From Camelus ferus (taxonomy: Eukaryota): a stretch of DNA of 64,000 nucleotides. The notes beneath the pieces were generated by a model that was given only the letters and a program-made list of their open reading frames with translations, did no database searches and was not told where the DNA came from. Within the stretch, counting starts at the first letter, position 1. The number at the start of each line of letters is the position of its first letter. Where the stretch lies: NCBI RefSeq assembly GCF_009834535.1, contig NC_045697.1, positions 26,104,001 through 26,168,000 on the forward strand. The letters run 5' to 3'. The translations under genes were made by a program, and so were the position numbers. Shown piece after piece: positions 15,211 through 29,925 of this stretch.

Positions 15211-17745
15211 ATATATTTAAAGGTGAGCATGTAACTCTAAAAATTGATTCCAACTGTTGACCTATTGCTAGAATCTAGTAAGAATTTCTATTGTCCATTT
15301 GGTAGATTGCAAAGGATTAATGAAAAATAATTTGTGCCTGACATGTACTTTACATCATAAAACAAAGCAGCTCCATTTGCCAGAAAGATGATAGAAAAAA
15401 CAATTTTCCTGTCCCTGATTGTTAATCGCATAGTCTGTGTATACTAATGAGAATATAAATGTGTCCCTGTAATACACACATATTTGTGGAAGTGACTAGA
15501 TGAGAGTTTCTTTGCCCCTCCTTTGCTATATTTCCACATCCCTCAGAAACAACAGGGCAGAATGTGGAAAGAAATTGGAAATTTGTAATTAAAAAAAAAA
15601 GTGAAGTTGCTGAAAGCATAGGGGTAAAAGTAGAGGCAATAAGAGGCCTAATAGACATTCATGCTGAGGGTGGCATGTTTTCACACACTTAATCGATTCA
15701 AAGCATCGGAAAACTAGTCAGCACAGATAGGAGAAGGTTACACCTCTGCCCAGAGAAATTATACTCAGTAAAAATGACTAGACACTGAAAATTGGTTTAG
15801 AAAGTATGCACACGGATCTGCCCTCTAGATCTGTGAAAGAGATTTAAGTGGCTACCAAACTGAAAAGTGGGTGGACAAATATTCATTCAAAGATAGGAAA
15901 AAAAATCCAAATTCTCCATGATGTCTTAAGGAAAAAAAATCAATACCAATCAACACCAAGATTTCAAAAGAAGAACAAAAATAACAACAACAACAACAAC
16001 AAAAAACTATAGACATAAGGAAATAGGACATCATCCTGACATTTCACAGTAATTTGAATAATGAGAATTATAGTTACCTGGAGAATATTATAGAAATCTA
16101 TTTTGTAAGTTTGGTAGTACCCAGTAAGCAAAATTTCTAAGAAACAGAAAGCCATCAGGATAGACCAGGAGAAGTGTAAAGGACAACAGGATGAGACACA
16201 AAGATTACAAGCTGAGATGAAAAGTCACCAAGTATGATAAGGACTCATCTGAAGTTATGTAACCTAATAATTACAAGAACCATTGAAAAAGAGACCAAAA
16301 TGACCGTAAAAGAAGCAATAATCAAAGGCGTAGTTAAATGTAATTTGCTGATGTTGATTAAAACTTTGAGTTAGAAAGTCTGATTTCAAAATTTATGAAA
16401 AAATCCCATATTTAGACATAATATGGCAAATTAAACTGTACATTTAAATAAAACATACATTTTATAAGCATCCATTCAGCAGAAATAGATTAAGTAAAAA
16501 GGATAAAATCAGTCTAGTCCCAGTTTCATTCTTTGTAGCAGTGAATATCAAGGAAAAATGGACTAAAACCTTCAAAGGGAAGGGTTTTCATCTAAAAAAA
16601 AGTGTTTTGTTTTTTTTTTAAATACAGGGGCTCACAAAATGTGCTACTCACATGTTCTTACAATAAATCAGTAGATAAAATTAATGGGCTGATTTGATAA
16701 AATAAAATTTAAGAAATCAAGAATAGAGAGTCATTCTTATTTTCAAAAATCTGGAATTGAACATAAATAATATAAAAGCAAAAAGAAAAAGACAAAGTAA
16801 AGTTCATATGGCAAAAAGATAACAGAAAGAAAACAAGAAAACAGTATGATGACAAAAAGATTATATAAATAAAATCATCAGTTGTATTAAATAAATATAG
16901 ATGGGTTAAACATAACTTATACCATTGTCCATCTTAATCTTAATGTTTAATATTTTAAAAAATATTTTATATGCTGTATTTGTAAAGACTTCCTTTGGTT
17001 TATTATATATTTTACCAGTTTTACTGTCAGTTTAAGCTGCTTATTTTAATAATTAGAATTGGCATTTCTAAAAGGCTATTGCTGTATTTTAAAAACCTTT
17101 TTCCAAGTTACCCCTGTATCAGTATGCTTTCTATTTCTTCTTTTATTCCTTTAATCATTGCAAACAGTTACATTTTATTTCTCATTTGGATTATTCGATC
17201 ACCTATTAGCATGATGTTATTAACTATGATACCTGTTAGCATGGTGTCATCTAGTAAAATGCCTATCATCACTAATTCCGCTCCGTATCTCTTAGCTTTA
17301 GAAATTCATTTCCAAGTATTGATTATAATTTTTGATCAGATCAGCTTTCCTCCTCCCCTCCCCTTCCACGCAGAGAGCTTCTGTGTGCTTCACTGGTGCT
17401 TTCTTGAGCTAACATTCAGTGGGATTTGGGTTGTTTTTGTTGTTTCTTATTTCATGGCCAGTGCTGCCCTTTGGGGATTCCAGTTTTATGAGTGAGTTAG
17501 TTCCAGCTAACAACAGTTGGAGGCTGTATCTCATGTGCCTGAGTGAGTGTTAAACTCCAGCCCCCCCACCCCCAACATCGGGCGTGTGTGCATGGTTGGT
17601 GGGGTAGGGACAGCCTGATAAGAGTGGGAGGGTTCCTAGAATCAGTCCCTCACGTTCCCTAGGGAGGAAAGAGAATCCTAGCTTTTTGCAATTCCCCTCC
17701 CCCCAGATTTAGGGGATTTTCTTTCCACTTTTTGAGTTCCTCTAA

Positions 17746-17747
<2 letters not shown>

Positions 17748-17795
<48 letters not shown>
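17748..17795 (+). repeat. (TG)24 microsatellite
   Basis: Direct reading; perfect repeat. Confidence 0.97.
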
Positions 17796-17796
<1 letters not shown>

Positions 17797-18699
17797 CATT
17801 TAGTCCAGTGTTCTAGGACTGCCATTTGTCATTGATTCCGTTGGCCAAGGTCCAATTTCGTTTTTTTCCTCCATTTCCTTGCCTTCCTTAGTACATGATC
17901 TCTCTGCTAGGAAACCCTTTTTCTACCATGTTTAGCTGAAGACCTCTCATTTATTCTGTAAGCTGAAGCTCAAATATTTCCCTATCTGTCAAGACGCTCT
18001 GTGATCTCGGGGAGGGACTGACTGTTCCTCTCTTTGTGGCAGCCCTATTTGTGAACATCCTCTATCATGCTGTAATGCTAGGATATTCCCTCTCCCATCT
18101 ATCTTCACTCAGCGTAATTGCAGCATAGTAGCTGGCCATGTTGAATTCGGTGAAGCAAATATATTAATGAGTAAATTTGTGGAAATGTAAGTTGTGCTAT
18201 TAATTCTCTATACTTTCTGACAATACTAAATTGGTAAGTTACAATATGCTCTGTTGCTATTAGTGCTAGAAATGGGAGATGCATTTTCCCTATCCAGTGG
18301 AGCAGACAACGATCAAATGAGAACCTATATGAATTATTTATTTAACATTCTTTCATCAAAGGGTGAATGTCAGTTGAACATTTTCTGTGGAAATGGAAAC
18401 ACACTGAAGCAATCCATGCCCCATAAAACGAAAAGATAAAACCAATTTGAGGCAAAAACATAGGCTGAATATAAAGAATAAAAGATCTTTATTGCAATAC
18501 ATTCTTACATGTGTGAATGATTTCTCGGGGGAAAAAAATGAGTCACTTAATTATGAGCCAGAAAAGATTTCTTGACAGTAATGGAAGGAGAAATTAATTT
18601 ACTGAATAGAAACGTATTCCATATTATGCAATAAAATATGTTTGAGAGTTAGATGGGAAATTTTTTTTTGCATGAAAAATGCCATTTCTACATAGTGCT

Positions 18700-20427
18700 A
18701 TTGGTTTTAAGGTTATCTATTCAAATGTAGTATGTGAGTCGTATACAAGAATACCTGTACAATATATGCATCATATCACAAAAAGTATTAAAATGGGCAA
18801 ATTGGTACAGCTACCACATAACTTCAGAAATGAGATAACATCAATACAATAATATTTCCTTAGTTGGCTCCTCATTCCATTTCTTGCCTCCTTAACATAA
18901 TTGCTCTTCATTTTCACCAAAGTTAACCACTATTTGGAAATTTTAAGTCATTCCTTTGCTTTTCTTTCATTCTTAGTTTTATCACATACGTTTTTATTCA
19001 TCCCTATACAATGTCTTCTTTGGCTTGCTGTTTGTGAAAATGACACCCTACTATGGTCTTATGGTCTTGCCCTTTCATTTATAGTTGGATAAAGTTCATT
19101 TTCATTTCTATATAATATTCTGTTGAATAATTTCATATTTCACTTATCAATGTTCTTACTGCTGGACATTTGAGTAGTTTTCAATTTTTGCTAATACAAA
19201 TAGTACTATTATGATTAGTCTTCACTCAAAGTACTTCACTACAAGTACTTCTTTAGAGTGTATACCCAGAAGTCTTGTTGAGTCATGGGGGTATGCACAT
19301 GTACAATTTCACAAGTTTTATGAACTGGTAGAACTAAACTTCAAACTCCCACTCTTGCCCCTTATCTTTTCTAGCTTTGTATATTTTCAGACTTTATAAT
19401 TTTGAAAATCAAATAGGTGTAAAATGGGTCTCATCTGGTTTTAATCTGTAATGCTCTGATCACAATGAAGGTAACATATTTCATAATGTCTTTTGTTAGC
19501 CATTTGTGTTTTCTTATGTGAAATGTCTGTTAATTTCTTTGCTAATTTTTTAATTTTTTACACTGATTTATAAGATTATCTATATTCTCAATGCTAATCC
19601 TTTGCCAGTTTGTGGCCTTTATTTTTATATTCATGTGCCAAATTTATTATACTTTTCTTTTATGATTAGTGCTTTTTGTCTAGTCCTAAAATACTTCTAT
19701 CTCCTGAAATTATAAAAATGTTCTTCTCTGCTATCTTATAATTTTAAAGACTTTAATTTCATGTAAGTCTTCAAGCCATCTGAAATTGGCTTTTATATAC
19801 AGTGTGAGGTAGGAATTCATTTTTTTCTAATGCGGGTAATGTTTTAGCAGCATGATTCATTGAATGATTCTTTCCCCAACAACCTGCAATGCCTCCTCTG
19901 TCATATAACAAGTTTCCTTATTCTGAGTTGTTCCTCTGGTCAGTCTTTTTGAGCCAATCTAACACCATCATAATTATTAAGGCTTTATAATAAGTCTATA
20001 TATGGTAGGTAAATCACATCACATTCTTCTTATTTAGGAGAATTTTTGTTCTTTTTTTCTTGAAACTTTCCCATTCATATAAAATAGAATCAGTTTATTA
20101 AGGTCCACAAGAACAAACTCTGTTGGGATTTTGCTAATAATTGCCTGTGACATATGGGTCAGTTTGGAGAAAAATGACATCATTAGCATATTAAGTCTTT
20201 TAATCTATTTCCTACAATATATGCTTCTATCAGTGTAGTTTTCTAATGTCTTTCATTGAAGTGTTATAAGACTCTCCACACATGTACTACACATGCTTTG
20301 CTAGGTTTATTCCTAGATACTTTATAGTTTTGACTACTATTAACAATATTCAAAATTTTGGTTTTCTCTATTGGGGATATATATATTTATATGTATGTAT
20401 ATATGTGTGTGTGTATATATGTATGTA

Positions 20428-20473
<46 letters not shown>

Positions 20474-20645
20474 TATATGAATATATGTAGTGGATTTTTC
20501 TACAATGGTATTGAAGCCAGCCACCTTTCTAAATCTTCTCATTATTTCTAATATTTTCTTTTTGAGAATTCCTTCAAGTTTTCTATGTAAATTCTTGCAT
20601 CATCTTTAAGCAATGATAATTTTGTTTTTCCTTCCAGTCATCATG
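18700..20645 (-). mobile_element. Old, highly diverged L1 (L1M type), 3' UTR plus ORF2 remnant
   Basis: Antisense L1 motifs (ggacatttgagtagttttcaatttttgcta, gtgaaatgtctgtt, gtgtgaggtagga, ttgctaggtttattcctagatacttt). Interrupted by a TA/TG low-complexity tract at ~20378-20478. Confidence 0.7.
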
Positions 20646-20654
20646 TTTATGCAT

Positions 20655-21125
20655 TTAATTAATTTTGAGTTAATTTTTGTATGTGGTCTAAGTCCAATTT
20701 CATTCTTCTGTATACAGATATCCAGTTTTCACCAAACCATTTATTGAATAGGATAGCCTTTCTCCATTGTGTGTTCTTGGCATCCTTGTCATAGATCAAT
20801 TGACTATAGATGTGTGGATTTATTTCTAGGTTCTCCATTCTGTTCCATTGGTCTATATGTCTGTTTTTATGCCAATACCACACTGTTTTGATTACTGTAG
20901 CTTTGTGGTACCTCCAGCATTGTTCTTCTTGCTCAAGATTGCTTTGGCTATTCAGGATCTTTTTTGGTTCTATATGAATTTTAGAAATTTTTTTTCTATT
21001 TCTGTAAAAAATACCATTGGGATTTTGATAGGGATTGTATTGAATCTGTAGATCACCTTGGGTAGTACAGAATATTAATTCTTCCAGTCTACAAACATGA
21101 GACATTTTTCCATTTGTCTGCATAT
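20655..21125 (-). mobile_element. L1 ORF2 internal fragment, less diverged than its neighbour
   Basis: ORF 20659..21123 translates [24 protein letters not shown]...[12 protein letters not shown], typical of the L1 ORF2p C-terminal region. Confidence 0.9.
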
Positions 21126-21153
21126 CATTTTCCTTGAATAGAATTTTGCTCGG

Positions 21154-21698
21154 TGTTACAGTTACCTATCTCTTCATATCAAAATACTCCCCCAAAAAAC
21201 CACTTCACTAGTTCTCATGATTCTGTAGTTTGTTTGGGGCCTCAGCTGGAAGGTTGTTTTGTTTATCTTTTTAGAGTCTGTTATGCATTGCAGTAAGAGA
21301 GTGTCTGATGTTGGGAAGTCCAAGATAGCATTATTCACGTCTGGAGGCTTGGCAGTGGTAGCTGGTATGCAGAAGTGGTTGGGCCTTGTTCTCTCTCCAA
21401 GGAGTCCCAAGGACTCTTTCTTTCCACCTGACTTCTCCATATCACCTCTTTCTGTCATGTGCTCTTTCCAGAAGAGTAGCTGGATTGCTGACATGAGGAT
21501 CAGGACTTTCAAAAGTACAAAAGCAGATGCTGTGAGGCTTTCTTAATTCCTAAGCCTGTTATCAGATCATTACTTCTATAACAGTCTACTGATGGAAGTG
21601 AGTCACAGAGCTGACCCTAGTTCATTGTGGGGAAGTGTTACACAAGGACATGAATATTGGAGAGGCATGGGGAGTGTCTTTGGAGACCTGCTACCACA
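21154..21698 (-). mobile_element. MaLR (MLT1-type) solo LTR
   Basis: TG...CA termini (tgttacagtt ... ctaccaca) and MLT1-like internal motifs (ctcatgattctgt, ggcctcagctgga, agtgagtcacag, cacaaggacatgaatattggag). Confidence 0.65.
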
Positions 21699-23028
21699 TT
21701 TGGCGTAAGATTCTAGATTTACATTGTTTTTTTTTTTTCATTTCCTTGGTGATATTATGCTACTGTTTATGGATTTTACTACTGCTGCTGTGAAGACCTC
21801 AGTAAATTAGATTTTCATAACTTGACGGGTGATCTGCTTTATCTTCCTGGCTGCTTTTAAGATCTTTTCTTTGTACTTGGTGTTCTGCATTTTTCTATAA
21901 TGTATCTAGATGTGAATTTTAAAAACTTTTTGTGAATATAATACATTGTGCTTTCTAACTGGAATTTTGTCCTTTCACATTTATGAAAAATTAATATATG
22001 TTTTCCAATCAAATATTGCCTCACCTCCACTTTATGCACTCTATTCTTCTAGGTATCCAGTGAGTTGTATGTTAGACCATGCCCTTCTAAATTCCATATT
22101 TCTTTTCTTTTCTTTTACATTTTCCATCTTCTTGTGTCTATATGTAAATGCTATATCCTGTGTACTGTTTTCACATTTCAGTTCAAGTGCCACAAATATT
22201 ATATACTTTAAAATACACTTTTAATTTATGGTTGAGTTATTGTTTTCAGCAATTATATTTTTTACATCTTAAGATTCTTTGTAGCTCATATCCAGATATC
22301 CCTCATCATTCTTGATAGTCTCTTGCTGACTGCTTATTTTTAGACTATTCTTTATCTAATTAAACTTTTCATACATAGTTGTTTTCATTTGGTAGCTACT
22401 CATTCTAAGAAGTGTAGTTTTTGAGGGTGTTGCCTGTTGCTTCTGCCGACTGTGATCTATGGTATTTACCTCTTTACTTGTTTGGGGACTTTTGTTTGTG
22501 ATCACATATAGATGAGATTCCTGCAGGCATAAAAGGAGCTGCTTTGTTCCAGATGGCATTTATTTCTGTCTTTGCTGAGAACCAGGTGCTACTTCCCTGG
22601 GACTACTTCAGCCTCCTTGAGAGTCTCAGTCAAGATCTCAAGTTCACCTTTTATGATGAGGATCTCAAGGATCACAGTTCTTTGTTCTGCTCACTTGATT
22701 ATCACTTACAGTTTTATTCTCCTGTATCTAAGTTATTGGAAAAGAATTTGTCCTTATAGTAATCCCATTATTCCTGGCTGTTTGTTCCCTGACATTCAAC
22801 CCTGGCTGCACTCATGTTTTGGAGGGGAATTTGAGACATTCCCTTAACATTCCTCCTGCTAAGTTCAAACCCCACCCCCAAATGCATTAAAAAGTATATT
22901 TATCAGGATCTAGTTGTTTAATATTAGGGACGGAGAGGCCTAGATTACTTACTCTCAATTTGTTATTTATAATCTTGTGTTTTGTGAATGTAATCTATAA
23001 TATTTAAAAGATTCCACCTAAAAGGTCA

Positions 23029-23030
23029 TT

Positions 23031-23085
<55 letters not shown>

Positions 23086-23345
23086 TTTTATTTGTTTGTT
23101 TTATTGAAGTATAGTTGACAAATAACATTGAAAAATATTTGAAGCATAGATCACAGTGATTTTACATATGGATACATTGTGAAAAATTCCTTCAATCTAC
23201 CCATCTACCTAATTAACACATCCATCACCTCACATACTGATCTTTTAAAAACATTTTGGTGGGAACATTTAAATTCTACTCTCTTAGCAAATTTCAACTA
23301 TACAACGCAGTGCTATCAACTCCAATCACCATGTTTTATGTTAAG
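23029..23345 (-). mobile_element. L1MA-type 3' end whose A-tail has become a (TTTA)n microsatellite (~23029-23090)
   Basis: ttattgaagtatagttgaca...taacacatccatcacctcacata...aacatttaaattctactctcttagcaaatttcaa. Confidence 0.8.
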
Positions 23346-23645
23346 AAATAGTAGCTTTATAAGAAGTAAAGCCACACATGCCATACTTTTCTTTGTACTG
23401 ATCAGCCAGTACTATACTGTCAGCATAGGTTAACCTCATTCAATAGAGTGAAATGGGTTTAGCAAAATTTTGAAGCAAATGCTTACTGAGAAAATATGAT
23501 TTTTCACATTTATTAAATATGGAAATAGGATACTGGAAATATTTTTAGTTCATTATATACCTTTGTATGCAAAAGCATGTAATGTTACCTGTGGATTTGA
23601 AAGCCAAGCAAGGATGAATTTAATTTTCCAAATCAAAAAGAAACT

Positions 23646-25275
23646 GTCACCTAGAATAGCCAACACAATATTGAAGGAAAAGGACAAAACTGGAGGACTG
23701 ACACTACCTGACTTCATGACCTGCTGTAAAGCTATGGTAATCAAGACAGTGTGGTACTGACAAAAGAAGAGACACACAGATCAATGGAACAGAATAGAGA
23801 GCCCAGAAGTAGATCTACAACCGATCTTTCACAAAGGAGAAAAGGCAATATAATGGAGCAAAAATAGTCTCTTCAACAAATGGGGCTGGAACAAGCGAAT
23901 ATCCATATGTGAAAAAATGAATGTAGACACAAATCTTATACCCTTCACAAAAACTAACTCAGAATGTAAACATAAATGTAAAACACGAAACTATAAAACT
24001 CCTAGAAGATAACATAGGTGAAGGCCTAGATGATCTTGGGTATGGTGATGAATTTTTAGACACAATACCAAAGGCATGGCCCTTGAAAGAAATAATTGGT
24101 ATGCTGGACTTCATAAAATTAAAAACTTCTACTTTGGGAAAGATAATGTCAAGAGAATGAGAAGATGAACTACAAACTGGGAGAAAATATTTGCAAAAGA
24201 CACATCTGATAAAGGACTGTTATCCAAAATATACAAAGAACTCCTAAAACCTGATTCAAAAATGGGCCAAAAATCTTAATAGACATTTTACCAAAGAAGA
24301 GATGCAATTGACAAATAAGCATTTGAAAAGATGATCCATATCATATGTCATCAGTGAGATGCAAATGAAAACAACAAGGAGATACCACTACATACCTAGA
24401 AGAATGGCGAAAATCCTGAACACTAACAACCTCAATTGCTGGTGAGGATGGGGAGCAGAAGGAATTCTCATTTGTTGCTAGTGGGAATGCAAAATGGTAT
24501 ACTCTGGAAGACAGTTTGTTTGTTTCTTAAAAAACTAAATATAATCTTACCATATGATCCAGCAATAGCACTCCTTGGTATTTCCCCCAAGGGAGTTAAA
24601 AATGTATATGCACACAAAAACCTGCACACAGATGTTAAAGCAGCTTTGTTCATAATTGTGAAAACTTGGAAGCAAGCAAGCTGTCCTTCAGCATGTGAAT
24701 GAATGAATAAATAACATCCATATAATAAAATGTGTTTCAGCACCAAAAAGGAATGAGCTAACAAGCCACAGGAAGACATGGAGGAATCTTCAATGCATTT
24801 TGCTAAGTGAAGGAAGCCAATCTGAAAAGGCTACATACTTTATGATACAGACTGTGTGACATTCTAGAAAAGGCAAAACTATGAAGATAGTAAAAAAAAT
24901 CAGTGGTTTTCAGAGTTTGGTGTTGGAGAGGGATGAACAAAAAGAACACAGACTTTTTGGGGTAGCGAGTATTTTCATGACCCTAAAAATTCTCTGTACT
25001 ATGTGATAATGATAGATACATGTTATTATATATTTGTCAAGCCCACAGTATGTACAACACGAAGAGTGAACTCTACTGAAACTATGGACTTTGGGTGATT
25101 ATGATGTATCAATATAAGTTCATCAACTGTAGCAGATGTACCACTCTAGTGGGGAATGTTGATCATGGAGGAGGCTATGTATGTATGGGGGCAGAAGATA
25201 CATGGGAAATCTCCGTATCTTCCTCGTAATTTTGCTGTGAACTTAAAACTGCACTAAAAATATAGTCTAAAAAAC
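23646..25275 (+). mobile_element. 5'-truncated L1 (L1MC1-like): ORF2 C-terminus plus 3' UTR
   Basis: Frameshifted ORF2 peptides (GGLTLPDF...[22 protein letters not shown]) and a 3' end tttgctgtgaacttaaaactgcactaaaaa. Confidence 0.88.
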
Positions 25276-25934
25276 AAACAAAGCTTTCCTTGAAAAGTTT
25301 CCTATTATGTCTATTTCTACTTACAGAGACAAAATATTGAGGTACCTTGGAACAGACCATTTTTATCTTAGGAAAAATCTTCTGCATGTCTTTCCATTGT
25401 GGCATTAAAGGCATCAGGACACTGTTAGATGTGAAAAAGGCAGCCTGGAGTAGATACCTGTTGGTTTGTCTATCTTGCCACTTTATTTTTGGGTAATTAT
25501 ACTGGAAATTATCTTCTCTATCCATGTGGCTCTAATGGGAGCTTTCATGTTCTTCAATGTCCCTATTATAACTGAATATTTAACCCAAAATGGGCCAATC
25601 ATATTCCCTTAATGCCTGGAATTTTGGACATGGAGAGAGTTTTGTACTCAAGAAATAGCAAAATCAGTTATTCCTAAATAAACAAATTGATCTAATAAAG
25701 GTTGATTATGTTTTATGGAACTATTAGTACATAAAAATGTCATCTTTTGTGTTGTATGATCACGTGCTATCCACTACCAGGCAACACTAGTTGTCAAAGT
25801 TTGCTAATAGCATCCATGAAAGGAAGAGGTTAGTTGCAGAGCTGCTAAGAACAGCTGAGATAAATAAGGACGCCACTAAATTATTTAATTTCAGTATGAG
25901 TTGTATCTCTTATCATATTAAAGTCTAAATTTGA

Positions 25935-26063
25935 GGTGATAGATGTGCTCTCTAACCTTATTGCAGTAATAATTTTGCAATATATATAAGTATCAAGTCA
26001 TCACATTGTACATATTAAGCTTGCACAATGTTACATGTCAGCTGCATTTCAACTGGAAAAAAA
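25935..26063 (+). mobile_element. Short L1 3'-end insertion with a 16-bp target-site duplication
   Basis: Flanked by taaagtctaaatttga (25919-25934) and taaagtccaaatttga (26064-26079). The body resembles an L1MA 3' terminus with an A-tail. Confidence 0.8.
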
Positions 26064-27789
26064 TAAAGTCCAAATTTGATCTTTATATCATTAAGGACTT
26101 TTTTGACTTTAAGTGACAGAAATGCAAACCCAAAGTGCTCAAGGAAAAATGAATTCTTTGGTCCATGTAAATTAAAAATCTGGAAATGTATTTATCTTAA
26201 TAGCTTTCTTGAACTAGAAAGAGCCCAGTCTCTCGTCTTCTCTGTCTGCCTTCCTCTGTGGCAATTCCATTCTCCAACATGCTTATTCCTCATGCTGGCA
26301 ATATGGCTACATCATCAAAACCACAAGTTCAGTAGAAAAGAAGAATCTTTTATTCCCTGTGAGTATACGTAAAAGCCTGGGTCTTATTCTTACGCCAAAT
26401 CTGTCACAAACCCGTCACTGAACAGATCACTGAGACTAAAAGGAAGTACTGGGGCAGACCAGCCTAGTTTATGGTATGATAACAATAACCTGTTTCACCA
26501 AAGACAGGCTGCTACCTGGTCATCCTCACCCCTAGACTGAAGCTGAAGGGCTCCCACTGTTTGGTTGCTATCATGGTGGTAGAAGAAAGAGCTTTGGATA
26601 GACCCGCACTAGCAATTAAATGCTTAACCTGAAAATGACAAAATGACTTTGTTCACTATTCATTAACCAGAACTAGTCACATGGCTCCACTCAACCACAG
26701 GCAACAAGGAAGTACGACCCTATCGTGCTCAGAATGAGGGGAAATTGGATTTTTTTTGGCAAAATGAATGCCAAATGCACTATTTGGCTCAGATTATATC
26801 CCCACCTACACCTGGGAGTAGGGTCAGCCCCATTACAATTGAGAACACGTAGGTCTTCATGGAAAACTTAGGTGATGAGCAGAAAAAATGTGAGAGTTGT
26901 TAACAGAAAAAAAAATTACATATAATTAAGTCAATTTCTAGTAAATGACCAAAGTTCTCAATTCAGTATGAATGTAACTTCCTGTGTTAATAAATTATTA
27001 ACTTACAAGGGTTAAAAAATTTACCATATTTGTGGTTATAAACCAAAAGCCAAAAACTGTTCTGTTTTCCCCTGTCCTCCTGATTTTAATCTGGTTGATC
27101 GACCTAGTCTAAAGTTTTCAGAGTAGACATTTAAAATCTAGCTCATTTCCTAATCTTTGGTTCACAGGACAGCTCAACCTGTGAAACTAAAGTAGTTTTA
27201 AAACCGTAACAAATTCTATTCACAAATAAAGATGTGGGATTCACACTTGCATCTTCATTCTGAGTACCTCGCTAGAATGGTTCTGTCCTCTTGTGGCTTG
27301 TAGCACCATTAGACCAGGTTTTGTTTAGGTTTTTCCAGCAAGCTGTTCAGGATCAAGGATTTTTCTTCTTTTAGTTGTGAGAAACAGATATCCATTCAAG
27401 TGAATTTAAGAAAAGAAGAGTTTATTGTAAGGCTATAATAGCTGCTTTCTCCAGCTATAAGACTACATTGATTCTTTCATCTTGATTTTTCTCCTTTTCT
27501 CTTTTAGCATCTGCTCTGTTTCCCCTTTCTTAACAACCTCTCTGCTTATTCATTTTCATAGCCAGGACAACAAGTTACAATCTCTGGGCTCTTCCAAAGA
27601 AAGGAATCACATTGTCTGGGTTTTGGAAATTGGTCTCCTGCTAGTAAAATCAGCTCTGGTTGGGGAAAGTATCACATAGTACACGCAACTGCCTCTTTCA
27701 TAGCTTCTGGGTGGGCAGGTTAAGCAAGAGGGAGAACTGTATGAGAAACTAATTGACCATGTCTGCTGTAGGAGTTAGGATGAGGTTAT

Positions 27790-27960
27790 CGATACCATTT
27801 ATGCTTATTATAATTTTAAGTGCTTTACAAATATTAACACATTTAACCCTATGATATAGATAGTATTATTACTCTCATGATACAAATAAAAAGACTGAGA
27901 TACAAGGAGATCAAATAACTTGCCCATGGTCATACATTTAGTTAGAGGCAAAGCAGAGCC
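27790..27960 (-). mobile_element. MIR SINE
   Basis: aagtgctttacaaatattaacacatttaaccct...gactgagatacaaggagatcaaataacttgcccatggtcataca. Confidence 0.7.
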
Positions 27961-28336
27961 ACTCAGAAGTTGAAAGTAGGCAGGATTGCTCCAGAGTCAA
28001 TGATTGCTATACCACGAGTCTTGGCTATCCTGAAGCATCCGGTTTACGTTATTGAGTTTATTAATGTTTGGAGTCCTTTAAAAAGCTCTTTTGCCAGTAG
28101 TAAAATGCTTCTCATTCTCCCAAGCTCATCTCAGGTATTAGCATTTCCACTTTGCAAGCTTTCCCAAGCACCTTTCTTCTGCTGTTAAACAACCCTATAC
28201 ATTCCCATCATTGCCACACAGATCTCCTTGGCCTGTAACTGTTTCATATTGTTAATACTGTGAGCTTCTGTAGGGCAAGAGCAATATATTTCTTATCTTT
28301 GTACTCCTGGTGCACAACATAATTACTGGCACATAG

Positions 28337-28615
<279 letters not shown>

Positions 28616-29150
28616 TAATACTACAGTAAACAATACCAGTTGATGAGATGATATCCTCATGGTTCATAATTGATGTTTACAGAAGCACAATCATAGGACG
28701 AGATTTTTTGTTCCTCAAATAGAATTATGGATTGTCCTTTAGGGTGTGCTAAAAATGCAAACTAGATCCGACATGAATATGCTATCTGTAATTTCATTCA
28801 TGATAGTTTAATAAGTGCTTCTGGAAACCACTCTTAACTTAGATTTATTTTTACAGCTTTCTTCTAACTCCAAAATAGTTTTAAAATAGCACCTTCATTG
28901 CTGAAATTCCATGGAGATAGTAATTAACTGTTCATATTATGCTCATCTGCTAACTATGCATATAGAAACTGAATTTGTTACTTCAGTGTCCTGATTTTGC
29001 TTTCTCATTTCCATGTTCTCTAGACAGCTCATTATGAGAGGAGTTTTAGACAATTTTAAGGTTCACAAGAAGTAGACACTCATAAAGAGAGGGCAGTCAT
29101 ATGTCCAAAGATAGCTTTTATCTCATAAAGGAAAAGCTCACATCTACAGT

Positions 29151-29460
29151 TGTCTTGGGTCAGGGTCCCTAGAAAAAGAGATTAAGATGAGAATGTGAGT
29201 GACTCATTGAGAGAGGGCTATCAGGTGACTCCTGTAAGGGAAGGAAAGAAGCAGGCAGGGCAAGGGAAGAAATGGGAAAAACTAGGGTTTGGGCTCAGCC
29301 TGATACCTCAGGGAAGCTCTGAAGCGTGAGTACCAAGGGGGCTGGCTTTACACGCCTGCATCAGTTTGTCTTTGTGAATGTGCGGCTGTTCTAGGGGAGG
29401 GGGCGCTTACAGGCAGTTTTCTGGAGAATGACTAAGTGACGGGTGGTCCAGCCCAGGGAG
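29151..29460. mobile_element. ERVL LTR16/LTR33-like fragment just upstream of exon 7
   Basis: tgtcttgggtcagggtccctagaa...cctgtaagggaaggaaagaagcagg...ctcagcctgatacctcagggaagctctgaag. Family recalled from memory. Confidence 0.5.
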
Positions 29461-29487
29461 AGGGATTTGTTTTAGTAGTATTTTTGA

Positions 29488-29925
<438 letters not shown>

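Noticed and set aside
15660..17500. A-rich then T-rich region including the 166-aa hydrophobic ORF 16995..17495
   Set aside because: Probably very old L1 debris in both orientations. The hydrophobicity reflects T-rich composition. Too decayed to delimit.
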